In this document: positions 35,926 through 45,952 of the stretch, piece after piece | Position numbering within the stretch: the first letter of the stretch is position 1 | Layout of the letters: the number at the start of each line of letters is the position of its first letter | NCBI GenBank assembly: GCA_964481395.1 | Contig: CAYZYG010000013.1 | Coordinates: 1,452 to 65,451, forward strand | Direction: 5' to 3' | DNA from: an uncultured Vicinamibacterales bacterium | GTDB lineage: Bacteria; Acidobacteriota; Vicinamibacteria; Vicinamibacterales; JAKQTR01 | Length of the DNA stretch: 64,000 bases | The notes under the pieces: generated by a model | The model's input: only the letters and a program-made list of their open reading frames with translations | Databases searched by the model: none | Told to the model about the DNA's origin: nothing | Translations under genes and position numbers: made by a program

Positions 35926-37065
35926 TCAGCGCGACGGGCGCTCCGCCACAGGCGGAGGCGCGTACCGGTAGTCGCGGTAGTCTCCCGGGTTCCCGCACAG
36001 TCCGTCCTCGGCCGCGTGAATGATGTTCACCATCTCGCGCGCCGTCACGTAATGCAGGCGGACGTGTCCATCGTCGCGGAACGTTTCGGCGAGGCCCCGG
36101 TGGAACCGGGCCGTATCGTCTCCGAGCAGCATCTCGGCGTTCGCCTCCGGTGCGCCGTGCGTGTGCACCTTGACGAACAGCCAGTCCGGACGGCCCGCAA
36201 CGGTGATCCCGCAGGACAGCCAATCCTCGAACCGACCCGGCGTCGGCGGGTCGCCGGCGTGCAGGGATCCGTTCTCGACCCGCGGGACCAGCCCGCGGCG
36301 CCGGCCCCGCCAGCTCGGACGCAGCGGTCCCTGCACCAGCAGCAGGTCCCGGTCCGACGACGGCCGGCCGACAGCGGCCCGCGGCCCGCTGTCGTGGGCC
36401 TTCGGCCCGCGGGGCGCGCCCGCCGCGTAGTAGATGCGGTTGACGGTCCGGGTCTGCGCCGGGGACGGCGCCGCCGGAAGCGTGAAGTCCGCGTAGCACC
36501 CCGTGTCGCGCAGGACGGCCAGCTCGTCGTCCACACCGCACCAGCGGCCATCCGGCAGTGCGTTGCTCAGCGACCAGTTCCCGTGGATGAACCCGTATCG
36601 GACGGCTCCCGACGGGTCCGAGGGCAGGAGACCGTGCCGGTCCCGCAGGCAGGCGGTGAACGTCTCGATCTGGCGGCGCAGGCCTTCGGCCGTGTCCCGG
36701 TCGTGGTGCAGGTGGACCTCAACCTCGCCGAATCCGCCGGCGCACAGCGCCGCCAGCGGATCGAGGAGGTCCGGCTGGTACTGCTCGATCGGGTAGAAGA
36801 AGGTGTGCTGGGGGTGCCGGCCGTCCGCATCGACGAACGCCGACGCGAGTTTCGGGTACCGATCCGCCCAGGCGGCGACCCGGCTTCGGCCGAGGTCGGC
36901 GGATGCCCCGCCGTGCAGCGGCTCGTAGTGGTCGGCCACGGCGAGTAGTACGTGGACCACACCCTGGCGGGCGCGGGCTTCCCGTCGCGCGCGGAGCAGA
37001 GAACCCAGGCTGGCGGTCAGCCAGATCTCTGCGTGTCTCGGCAGCGCCATCGGCACAGCCTTCAT
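35926..37065 (-). CDS. hypothetical protein (possibly a divergent polysaccharide deacetylase/hydrolase-fold enzyme)
   Basis: AGGA RBS before ATG 37065. Motifs VLLAVADHYEP, EVEVHLHHDRD, GFIHGNWSL and KVHTHGAPE suggest a metal-dependent hydrolase. I cannot name the family. Confidence 0.5.
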   Translation of the reverse strand: MKAVPMALPRHAEIWLTASLGSLLRARREARARQGVVHVLLAVADHYEPLHGGASADLGRSRVAAWADRYPKLASAFVDADGRHPQHTFFYPIEQYQPDLLDPLAALCAGGFGEVEVHLHHDRDTAEGLRRQIETFTACLRDRHGLLPSDPSGAVRYGFIHGNWSLSNALPDGRWCGVDDELAVLRDTGCYADFTLPAAPSPAQTRTVNRIYYAAGAPRGPKAHDSGPRAAVGRPSSDRDLLLVQGPLRPSWRGRRRGLVPRVENGSLHAGDPPTPGRFEDWLSCGITVAGRPDWLFVKVHTHGAPEANAEMLLGDDTARFHRGLAETFRDDGHVRLHYVTAREMVNIIHAAEDGLCGNPGDYRDYRYAPPPVAERPSR

Positions 37066-37225
37066 CGGTGATCCTGAGTTCACGCGTGTCGTCCGGCCCG
37101 TGAAGGCCGACACCAAGGCCGGCCGCCCAGGCCGGCTCGGCCCATTCTGTCTTCCGGATTCTGTCTCCTGAATTCCGGACACGGCCGACCGCCCCATCCA
37201 CCCGATCGCCCGCGGCCCGGTCGCA

Positions 37226-38023
37226 TCACGCCTCGCACTCGTTGGACTTGCAGTTCTGGCAGATCGGGTGCCGGAACACGCCCCGGTAGATGTCGATCCG
37301 GTCGTCGAGGAAACGCTCCGAGAACCAGATCTCCGACAGACTCTGGGTATTGACGTTCCCGTAGGTGACCGACCCGTAGTAATCGTTGTAGCAGAGGACC
37401 ACGTCCCCTTTCGCATCGATCGCCACGTGGTCCATCGGGAGCCGGCAGTGCTTCGGCGCGCGCAGCACGGCATCCGCGATCTCGACGCTGCCGCCCCTGT
37501 TGGTCAGGCCGTTGAGCTGAATCGACCGCGCGCTGATCTTCGCACGCTCCTCTTCCGTGAGCTTCGTCATCAGCCGGTCGAGCGACTTCTTGATGACCGG
37601 CTCGTCGATGGTGACGCGGAAGGTGTCGACGACCGGCGCGAACGTCCGAAACAGGTCCGGCGTCAGGCGCGTCGCGTTGGTGAAAACAACGATGTTCAGA
37701 TCCGGCATCTCGGCTCGAGCGAAGGTCAACAGCCCGTGCAGCCGGTCGTCCAGAAACGGTTCGTTGTAGAAGTGGGGCGACAGCGTGCCCGTGAACCCCA
37801 TGCGCCTGAGGTCGAGCACGATCCGCTGCCACGTCTCCTCGCTGAGCTTGACCGCCGGCCGGGGGTCTGTGGCCACCGGGCAGGTCGGGCACTTGATGTT
37901 GCAGCGCGAGTAGGTCTCGATTTCGATCGACTTGAAGAGGCTGGTCCGGAAGTGCCGCTTCAGCAGCGGTTTCGGTTTCAGCCGCATCGGCACGCGCGAC
38001 TTCAGGGTCTCGAGGGCAATCAT
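37226..38023 (-). CDS. radical SAM protein with C-terminal SPASM/twitch-like Cys cluster
   Basis: CNIKCPTC (Cx3Cx2C) near the N-terminus. C-terminal HCRLPMDHVAIDAKGDVVLC and PICQNCKSNEC. Richer in K/I/N/F than its neighbours. Confidence 0.8.
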   Translation of the reverse strand: MIALETLKSRVPMRLKPKPLLKRHFRTSLFKSIEIETYSRCNIKCPTCPVATDPRPAVKLSEETWQRIVLDLRRMGFTGTLSPHFYNEPFLDDRLHGLLTFARAEMPDLNIVVFTNATRLTPDLFRTFAPVVDTFRVTIDEPVIKKSLDRLMTKLTEEERAKISARSIQLNGLTNRGGSVEIADAVLRAPKHCRLPMDHVAIDAKGDVVLCYNDYYGSVTYGNVNTQSLSEIWFSERFLDDRIDIYRGVFRHPICQNCKSNECEA

Positions 38024-38213
38024 GGCAACTCCTGTCGGGGCCGGGGGGCCAGAGCCGGACGTGTCTGCCGCCGCGAGGGCGGGAAGCGCACGGCCCGTCG
38101 TACAGTCCGCTGGCGGACTGCTGCTCCCGACAAGTGTGGTATCGGTCAGGCTGGCCGGATCTGCACCGGCTGCGCCGTTCTGGGAAACGGTGAGCAGGCG
38201 ATCGGATGCGGTC

Positions 38214-38981
38214 TCAGGCCCGGGCTCGTGCCCGGCCCCGGCGCATGACCCACCAGATGATGGCGGTCATGACGAGCAGCGCGAGCGCGCCGCTCGCCGC
38301 GAACAGCAGCAGCGTGGAATACAGAATCGACGACCGATCCATCCGCGCTTCGAGGTCGAGCACCGCTCCGTTCTGGCGGTCCCGGAGGGATTGTTCCCAG
38401 ACGAGGATGTTGCCGCGCTTCAGGTTGCCGGCGCCGGCGTTGTGATAGTGGATCCGGGCGGGCAGGTGGAGCCGCACGGCCACGAGTTCCCGCCCCGTCC
38501 AGCCGACCTTGCCCACCTCCTTGCCACTCGGCGCGCCGAGACGCTGCCGGTAGACCATCATCTCGCCGAGAGGCTCGAACTGATAGGAGGACCAGGCGAA
38601 CGGTGCCGCCTCGCCCAGTCGTCTGATGTCGTCCACGGCGACGCGCACCTGCACGAAGCGCCGGCCCAGCCGCCGCCAGGTGCTGACACGCGCCACCCTT
38701 GTGACTGGCGTCGTGTAGAGTTCACGCACGCGGCTGCGGTCCAGCAACGCATTGGGCCGGAGATCGAGATCGAACCCTCGCAGCGCCACGAGCGCGGGAA
38801 CGGACGCGTTGACGTAGATGGTCGCGCGTCCGTCCGTCGACAGGTAGATCTCTTCCTCGTACTCGTACTGCTTGGCGATCCCCTGTCCGTCCCCGCGGCA
38901 CGCGGCCGCGCCGGCCACAATCATCGCCGCAAGCGCAAGGCGCCACCATCCCAGGTCACCGAAAGGCCGGCCCGTCCGCAT
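38214..38981 (-). CDS. hypothetical lipoprotein with C-terminal TM anchor
   Basis: Lipobox-like MIVAGAAAC, and C-terminal TM helix LLLFAASGALALLVMTAIIWWV followed by RRGRARA. No SD sequence seen before ATG 38981. Confidence 0.55.
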   Translation of the reverse strand: MRTGRPFGDLGWWRLALAAMIVAGAAACRGDGQGIAKQYEYEEEIYLSTDGRATIYVNASVPALVALRGFDLDLRPNALLDRSRVRELYTTPVTRVARVSTWRRLGRRFVQVRVAVDDIRRLGEAAPFAWSSYQFEPLGEMMVYRQRLGAPSGKEVGKVGWTGRELVAVRLHLPARIHYHNAGAGNLKRGNILVWEQSLRDRQNGAVLDLEARMDRSSILYSTLLLFAASGALALLVMTAIIWWVMRRGRARARA

Positions 38982-38996
38982 AGGACGGAATGATAT

Positions 38997-39031
38997 AGGA
39001 TCCGGGACCAGGGACCGGTGGCCAGGGACCG
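38997..39031. repeat. heptamer array (GGGACCR-type) x5
   Basis: aggatcc gggacca gggaccg gtggcca gggaccg. Confidence 0.85.
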
Positions 39032-39127
39032 GTTATGACAAACCGGCGTCCAGCGCGAATCTCGCGAGCGATGCGGGCCAGGCATGGTGTGTTGGTGAGT
39101 TCGCTGGCTCTGATCGCGTGACGAAAC

Positions 39128-39155
39128 CGACCCCCGATCCCCGGTCCCCGACCCC
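39128..39155. repeat. heptamer array (CGRYCCC-type) x4, inverted relative to 38997-39031
   Basis: cgacccc cgatccc cggtccc cgacccc. Confidence 0.85.
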
Positions 39156-39171
39156 TTGGGAGACTCCCCTC

Positions 39172-41859
39172 GTGCCCACCCTGTTCCTCATCGACGGCAA
39201 CTCCCAGATGTACCGCGCGTTTCATGCCATCCGGGGGCTGACCGGCCCCGACGGGCGTCCGACCAACGCCGTCTACGGGTTCGTGACGATGCTCCGCAAA
39301 CTGCTCGCGGACCACCGGCCCGACCACATCGGGGCCGCGTTCGACGTGGAGGGGCCGACGTTCCGCGATGCGCTCGTCAACGACTACAAGGCGAACCGCG
39401 CGCCCATGCCCGGCGACCTGGTCGAGCAGGTCCCGCTGGTGCACCGCGCGTGTGCCGCCCTGGGCGTGCCGGTGATGACCGTCGCCGGCTTCGAAGCCGA
39501 CGACGTCATCGGGACGTTGGCGTCCAGAGGCGCGGCGCAGGGCTTCGACGTGACGATCGTTACGGGCGACAAGGACTTCTACCAGCTCGTGGGCGGCCGC
39601 ATCCGCGTGTTCAACCCGCGGGACGATGGTGCCTGGTACGACGAGGCCGGAGTCTCCGAGAAGTTCGGCGTGCCGCCGGCCCGCGTCATCGACGTGCTCG
39701 CGCTGACCGGGGATGCCGTGGACAACGTCAAGGGCGTGCCTGGCATCGGGGAAAAGGGCGCCCGGGAACTCGTGGCCGAGTTCGGTTCGCTGGACGCCCT
39801 GCTCGAAGGCGCCGCCTCCGTCCAGCAGAAGCGCTACCGCGAGGCGCTGCTCGCCCACGCCGAGGATGCCCGCCGCAGCCGTGAACTGGTCACGATCCGC
39901 ACGGATGTGCCGGTGGAGGTTGACCTGGCTTCGCTCAAGCATGAAGGGCCGAACCGCCAGGAGTGCTTCGACCTCTTTACGCAGCTCGGATTCCGCTCCC
40001 TGGTCACCGACTATGCGCCGACCGCAGACCAGGTGTCCGCCGACTATGCCATCGTAGAGTCGCTGGCGGAGCTGGATGCCGTCGTCGCCGACGCGCGGGC
40101 GGCTGGGCGCGTCGGGCTGCGCGTCCTGGCCGACGACCGGTCACCCATGAGGGCAAGGCTCGTGGGCGTCGCGCTGTCGACGTCGGACCGGACGGTCCGG
40201 TACGTTCCCGTCGGGCACCGGGCCCTGGATTCGGTGACCAACCTCGACGAGCGTGGCGCACTCGATCGGATCGCGGCCCTCCTGGCGGACCCGGACGTCG
40301 AGAAGATCGGACACGACGTGAAGTTCGACGGGCTCGTGCTGGCGCGTCACGGGGTCGAGGTGGTGGGTCCCGGCTTCGACACGATGCTGGCCAGCTACCT
40401 CATCGACTCCACCAGGGCCCCGCACACGCTGGAAGACCTGAGCCTCGAGTACCTGGGCTACAAGCCCCTCGACGAGGAACGCGTGTACGGCAAGGGCGCG
40501 AAGGCCATCGCCCCGGCGGACCTGCCCGCTACGGCCACGCTGGCCTACGCGGGCGAGCGGGCGGATCTGCCGCGACAGCTCGCGCCGATCCTCCGCGGAA
40601 AGCTCGCCGGAGAGGGCCTGGACGACGTGTACCGCACGCTGGAATGGCCGCTCGTCCCCGTGCTCATGGCCATCGAGCGGGCCGGCGTGCGCGTGGACAG
40701 CGGCGTGCTCGCCTCGCTCTCCCAGCGCCTCGAACGGGACATGCAGGCGCGAAGCGACCGGATCTTCGACCTGGCGGGCGAGCCCTTCAACATTGGCTCA
40801 CCCAAGCAGCTCGGCGAGATCCTCTTCGAGAAGCTGAAGCTCCCGGTGCTGAAGAAGACCGGCACGACGCGCGCCGCGTCGACGTCGGTCGATGTGCTCG
40901 AGGAACTCGCAGCGACGCACGAGCTGCCACGCCTGATCCTCGAGTGGCGGAGCATGCAGAAGCTGAGGGGCACCTATATCGACGCCCTTCCGCAGCTCAT
41001 CGACCCCGAGACGGGCCGCGTCCACACCAGCTTCAACCAGGCCGTCGCCGCCACCGGCCGTCTGAGCAGCAGTGACCCCAATCTGCAGAACATCCCGGTC
41101 CGGACGGAACTCGGCAGGGAAATCCGGCGGGCGTTCGTCGCCGAGCCGGGGTGTGTGCTGATCTCGGCCGACTACTCGCAGATCGAGCTCCGGGTGCTCG
41201 CCCACCTGTCGCGCGATCAGGCGCTCATCGACGCCTTCGCCCGGGGCGAGGACATCCACGATCGAACGGCCGAGGCCATCTTCGGCACGGACGGGGGCCG
41301 CTCTCACCACGAGCGGCGCAGCACGGCGAAGATGGTGAACTACGCCCTGCTCTACGGCAAGACCGCGTTCACGCTGGCCCGGGACATCGGCGTCACCCAG
41401 CAGGCGGCGCAGGCCTTCATCGACGCCTACTTCACCGGATTCCCCGGGGTCCGGGTCTTCATCGATCGCACGCTCGACGACGCGCGGGCGAGTGGCGTCG
41501 TCAAGACCCTGTTCGGGCGCAGGCGCCCGGTGCCCGAGATCACCAGCCGCAACGGACAGGTCCGCAGCGCGGCCGAGCGCGTGGCCGTGAACATGCCCAT
41601 CCAGGGCACGGCCGCCGATATCCTCAAGAAGGCCATGATCGACGTGCACGCCGCGCTCCTGTCGCGGCCGCCAGGGCCCGGGGGCCTGCGGGCCCGCACG
41701 ATCCTGACCGTCCACGATGAACTGCTCTTCGAGGTCCCTCGCGACCAGGCCGACGAGGTGGCCGCGCTCGTCCGCGGGCTGATGGAGCAGGCGGTGCCGC
41801 TCGCCGTGCCGCTCACGGTCGACGTCGGCGTCGGGGAGAACTGGAAAGACGCCAAGTAG
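39172..41859 (+). CDS. polA: DNA polymerase I
   Basis: 5'-nuclease N-terminus (LFLIDGNSQMYRAFHA), motif A DYSQIELRVLAH, motif B RRSTAKMVNYALLYG, motif C VHDELLFE. GTG 39172 has GGGAGA upstream. The track ORF start (38872) lies in the divergent intergenic/repeat region; GTG 39118 is an alternative. Confidence 0.95.
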   Translation: MPTLFLIDGNSQMYRAFHAIRGLTGPDGRPTNAVYGFVTMLRKLLADHRPDHIGAAFDVEGPTFRDALVNDYKANRAPMPGDLVEQVPLVHRACAALGVPVMTVAGFEADDVIGTLASRGAAQGFDVTIVTGDKDFYQLVGGRIRVFNPRDDGAWYDEAGVSEKFGVPPARVIDVLALTGDAVDNVKGVPGIGEKGARELVAEFGSLDALLEGAASVQQKRYREALLAHAEDARRSRELVTIRTDVPVEVDLASLKHEGPNRQECFDLFTQLGFRSLVTDYAPTADQVSADYAIVESLAELDAVVADARAAGRVGLRVLADDRSPMRARLVGVALSTSDRTVRYVPVGHRALDSVTNLDERGALDRIAALLADPDVEKIGHDVKFDGLVLARHGVEVVGPGFDTMLASYLIDSTRAPHTLEDLSLEYLGYKPLDEERVYGKGAKAIAPADLPATATLAYAGERADLPRQLAPILRGKLAGEGLDDVYRTLEWPLVPVLMAIERAGVRVDSGVLASLSQRLERDMQARSDRIFDLAGEPFNIGSPKQLGEILFEKLKLPVLKKTGTTRAASTSVDVLEELAATHELPRLILEWRSMQKLRGTYIDALPQLIDPETGRVHTSFNQAVAATGRLSSSDPNLQNIPVRTELGREIRRAFVAEPGCVLISADYSQIELRVLAHLSRDQALIDAFARGEDIHDRTAEAIFGTDGGRSHHERRSTAKMVNYALLYGKTAFTLARDIGVTQQAAQAFIDAYFTGFPGVRVFIDRTLDDARASGVVKTLFGRRRPVPEITSRNGQVRSAAERVAVNMPIQGTAADILKKAMIDVHAALLSRPPGPGGLRARTILTVHDELLFEVPRDQADEVAALVRGLMEQAVPLAVPLTVDVGVGENWKDAK

Positions 41860-41860
41860 T

Positions 41861-41866
41861 TATAAT
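41861..41866 (+). promoter_or_regulatory. perfect TATAAT -10-like hexamer 8 nt upstream of the pcnB ATG
   Basis: tagtTATAATcccctctcATG; no SD sequence between the hexamer and the ATG. No convincing -35 element. Confidence 0.3.
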
Positions 41867-41874
41867 CCCCTCTC

Positions 41875-43155
<1,281 letters not shown>

Positions 43156-43160
43156 GGCAG

Positions 43161-43216
43161 TTTTGAGTTTTCAGTCGTCAGTTTTCGGTTTTCAGTTCTC
43201 AAGTTCTTGATTCGCA
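43161..43216. repeat. heptamer array (TTTTCAG-type) x8
   Basis: ttttgag ttttcag tcgtcag ttttcgg ttttcag ttctcaa gttcttg attcgca. Confidence 0.9.
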
Positions 43217-43241
43217 GGTCGGAGTCGCGCGTCCCGACATC

Positions 43242-43290
43242 TGATGACTCATAACTCACAACTGACAACTGATGACTGAGAACTGACTCA
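43242..43290. repeat. heptamer array (TGANAAC-type) x7, inverted relative to 43161-43216
   Basis: tgatgac tcataac tcacaac tgacaac tgatgac tgagaac tgactca. Confidence 0.9.
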
Positions 43291-43294
43291 CCCC

Positions 43295-43714
43295 ATGTTC
43301 ACCACACCCATCACCGTCCGGTTCCACGAGGCCGATTTCCGCGGCATCCTGTTCTTCGGGCGGATCCTGCAGCTCGCACACACGGCGTACGAGGAATTCG
43401 TCGTGGCCGAACTCGGCCTGACCTGGGACGAGTGGTTCGCCACGCCAGAGTGGCTCGTGCCCATCAAGCACGCCGAGGCCACGTTCCACAGGCCGCTGCG
43501 CCCGGGACGATCGTTCCAGGCCGAGATCGAGGTCGCCCGCCTGTCGGAAAGTTCCTTCGAGGTCGTCACCCGGTTCGTCGGGCTTGGCGGGTCCACTCAG
43601 GAGTTGTGCGCGGAGACACGCACCGTCCACGTCTTCGTCGACGGCTCATTCAGGAAGATCGCGATGCCGGCAGCCATCCGGGCGAGGCTCGAGCGGCACC
43701 TCGTCGGTGGGTAG
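43295..43714 (+). CDS. 4HBT/YbgC-type acyl-CoA thioesterase (candidate DHNA-CoA thioesterase)
   Basis: ITVRFHEADFRGILFFGRILQLAHTAYEEF hot-dog-fold N-terminus. Lies next to the men operon. Confidence 0.75.
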   Translation: MFTTPITVRFHEADFRGILFFGRILQLAHTAYEEFVVAELGLTWDEWFATPEWLVPIKHAEATFHRPLRPGRSFQAEIEVARLSESSFEVVTRFVGLGGSTQELCAETRTVHVFVDGSFRKIAMPAAIRARLERHLVGG

Positions 43715-43723
43715 ACAGACGAC

Positions 43724-43744
43724 GGGATCCGGGACCCGGGACCC
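43724..43744. repeat. heptamer array (GGGAYCC)x3
   Basis: gggatcc gggaccc gggaccc. Confidence 0.85.
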
Positions 43745-43841
43745 GGTTCTGCACTGCACGAAGGGCCTCGGTTGGCAACGCCAGGGGCAATCCAAGCCTG
43801 TCCCGTCCATACGCGCGGAGGCCCTGCGATCCGAGCGCGGG

Positions 43842-45050
43842 TTACCGCAGCAGTTCGGCGAGCCGTGCGCGCTGGACCTTTCCGAGAGCGGTCCGGGGAA
43901 TCGACGCCACCACCCGAATCTCCGCAGGCCGCTGCACACCGCGCAACACTCCGCCAAGCGCCTCGTCGAGACGATCGGTCCGAATGGCTGCCGCCGGAAC
44001 GCCTGGCGCAGGCGCGACGGCGAGTACCAGCGCCGCTCCCGACCGCGGGTGGGGAACCGCCGCGACCGCGATGTCGGCGACCCGCGTCTTCCATTCGCCA
44101 TTGTCGGCAATCCACCTGCCGACAGCCGCCTCGACCGCGACGAGATCCACCAACTCGCCAAGCACTTTGACGGAGTCCACGGCGCGGCCGAGCACCTCGA
44201 TCCCCCCGCCAAAGACCCGGCCGAGGTCTTCCGTCACGAACCACCCATCCTGTTTCGGGTCATCGAAACGGACCGCCCCGGCAGACGTATCCAGCGTGAC
44301 GTAACCGGTCAGCAGCGATGCGGCCCGGACGTGAATCCGGCCGCCGGCACCGGCGCGCACGTTCGCGTGTGACAGCACCGGTAGAACGGCCGGATACGCC
44401 CGTGACATCGAGTGCGGGTCGGCCGTAGCCACCTGGCTGCAGGTCTCGGTCATTCCGTAGCTCGGCAGGCACGGCCAGCCGAGATCGAGGGCGGCCGCGT
44501 ACAGGCCTGGGTCGAGCCGGGCGCCGCCGACGACGATCGCCCGCATCGACGGCGGGGCGCTGAGGCCCTCCTTCAGCAGATCGTGTACCTGTGACGGCAC
44601 GAGCGCGCTGAGCGTCGCGCGCTCGGCGAGCACCCTGGCGTGGAAGTGTCTGGCGTCCCACTTACCGTCGATCGTCTGAACGACGCGGCTCCCTGAAAGC
44701 CAGGCCCGCGCGAGGATCCCGAGACCGCCCACGTGGAACATCGGCAGGGCGTGCGCCCAGACATCGCGGCGCGTCACGTCGAGATGCGCATTGACGGCGG
44801 ACGCCGACGCGAGAAAGGCTTCCGCCGAGAGCGCCACCAGCCTGACGACATCACCGTCGACGGCCGTACTTCCCGACGTCGCGACCAGCAGGTGCCCGCG
44901 AGGCAGCGGAATCGCCGCGAGCCGCCCGGGCAGCGATCGGGACACGGCCCCGAGGTCGGGCCGCGCCACGACGCATGTACCGAGCCCGCTCCAATCGGGA
45001 ACCGGTCTGCCGGATGAGAAGTAGAAACCGAGGTCGAGGGGGACGATCAT
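43842..45050 (-). CDS. menE: o-succinylbenzoate--CoA ligase (short form)
   Basis: ATGA overlap with the menA stop. TSGST, YGMTETCS and GWFVTEDLG adenylate-forming motifs, and C-terminal PRTALGKVQR. The track ORF upstream of 45050 lies inside menA. Confidence 0.8.
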   Translation of the reverse strand: MIVPLDLGFYFSSGRPVPDWSGLGTCVVARPDLGAVSRSLPGRLAAIPLPRGHLLVATSGSTAVDGDVVRLVALSAEAFLASASAVNAHLDVTRRDVWAHALPMFHVGGLGILARAWLSGSRVVQTIDGKWDARHFHARVLAERATLSALVPSQVHDLLKEGLSAPPSMRAIVVGGARLDPGLYAAALDLGWPCLPSYGMTETCSQVATADPHSMSRAYPAVLPVLSHANVRAGAGGRIHVRAASLLTGYVTLDTSAGAVRFDDPKQDGWFVTEDLGRVFGGGIEVLGRAVDSVKVLGELVDLVAVEAAVGRWIADNGEWKTRVADIAVAAVPHPRSGAALVLAVAPAPGVPAAAIRTDRLDEALGGVLRGVQRPAEIRVVASIPRTALGKVQRARLAELLR

Positions 45051-45952
45051 GGCCCGTCCTGCGCCGTCAGTCCCACGGCGAGAAGAACGGCGAACACGAG
45101 CTGCAGCAGGGCGCTCAGGGCCAGATGCTGGTTGAAACGAACGCTCGGTTCCTCTCGCCACACGCGACGGATCAGCGCGAGTCCCATCGGGAGCGCGACG
45201 AGCGGCAGCGCCGCCGCCAGTGATCGGCCGGCGGCGATCCATACCGCTCCACAGACGAACGGCACGATGACGAGGGCGGTGATTTCGAGCCGCGCGAAGC
45301 GCGGGCCGAACCGCGCGGCCAGGGTGCGCTTGCCGGCCCGCGCATCCCCGGCGGCGTCGCGCAGGTTGTTGACCGCCAGCAACGTCGCGCTCTGCAGGCC
45401 GACCTGCACGGCGGCCAGTTCCGCCCACGGTGCGAAGCCCTGCCCGGACACGACATACGCGGTTCCCTTGACGGCGGCGAGCCCGAAGAACAGCAGCACG
45501 AACACTTCGCCCAGTCCCACGTAGGCCAGGGGCATGGGCCCGGTCGTGTAGGCGTACCCGGCGACGATCGAGAGGAGGCCGATGATCAGGATCGGCGTTC
45601 CCCCGTAGTACAAGAGCGGGATGCCGAGGATCGCGGCGACCCCGAACGCCGCGGCTGCGCCGAGCTTGACCTGGCGGGAGGTGAGCAGCCCGGTCTGGGT
45701 CACGCGCACAGGCCCCAGGCGATCGATCGTGTCGGCCCCGCGCTCGAAGTCAGCCGCGTCGTTGACGAGGTTCGTCCCGATCTGGATGCAGGTCGCCGAC
45801 GCGAGCGCGACCAGCGCGAGCGGCCACGCAACGGGCTCACCGCCGACGCCGCGGGCCAGTGCCGTGCCCACCAGCACCGGCGCCACGCTGGCCGTCAGCG
45901 TCTTGGGCCTGGCCGCGAGCAGCCACGGGCGGATACCGGTCGCGTCGCTCAC
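45047..45952 (-). CDS. menA: 1,4-dihydroxy-2-naphthoate polyprenyltransferase
   Basis: UbiA-family membrane protein with [20 protein letters not shown] and [18 protein letters not shown] motifs. Confidence 0.9.
   Translation of the reverse strand: MSDATGIRPWLLAARPKTLTASVAPVLVGTALARGVGGEPVAWPLALVALASATCIQIGTNLVNDAADFERGADTIDRLGPVRVTQTGLLTSRQVKLGAAAAFGVAAILGIPLLYYGGTPILIIGLLSIVAGYAYTTGPMPLAYVGLGEVFVLLFFGLAAVKGTAYVVSGQGFAPWAELAAVQVGLQSATLLAVNNLRDAAGDARAGKRTLAARFGPRFARLEITALVIVPFVCGAVWIAAGRSLAAALPLVALPMGLALIRRVWREEPSVRFNQHLALSALLQLVFAVLLAVGLTAQDGP

Noticed and set aside
38020-38133. A 37-codon ORF (TTG start) whose TGA overlaps the ATG of the radical SAM gene; a possible RiPP precursor.
   Set aside because: Weak TTG start with no SD sequence. 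Third-position G/C is only moderate. The peptide (LSGAAVRQRTVRRAVRFPPSRRQTRPALAPRPRQELP) is Arg/Pro-rich with no Cys/Ser/Thr core typical of SPASM substrates. Worth revisiting only if it is conserved in relatives.
38997-39155. Inverted array pairs read as terminal inverted repeats of MITE-like mobile elements.
   Set aside because: The internal spacers of the five pairs share no similarity and differ greatly in length (25-134 nt). The arm unit sequences also differ between sites, and no target-site duplications are evident.
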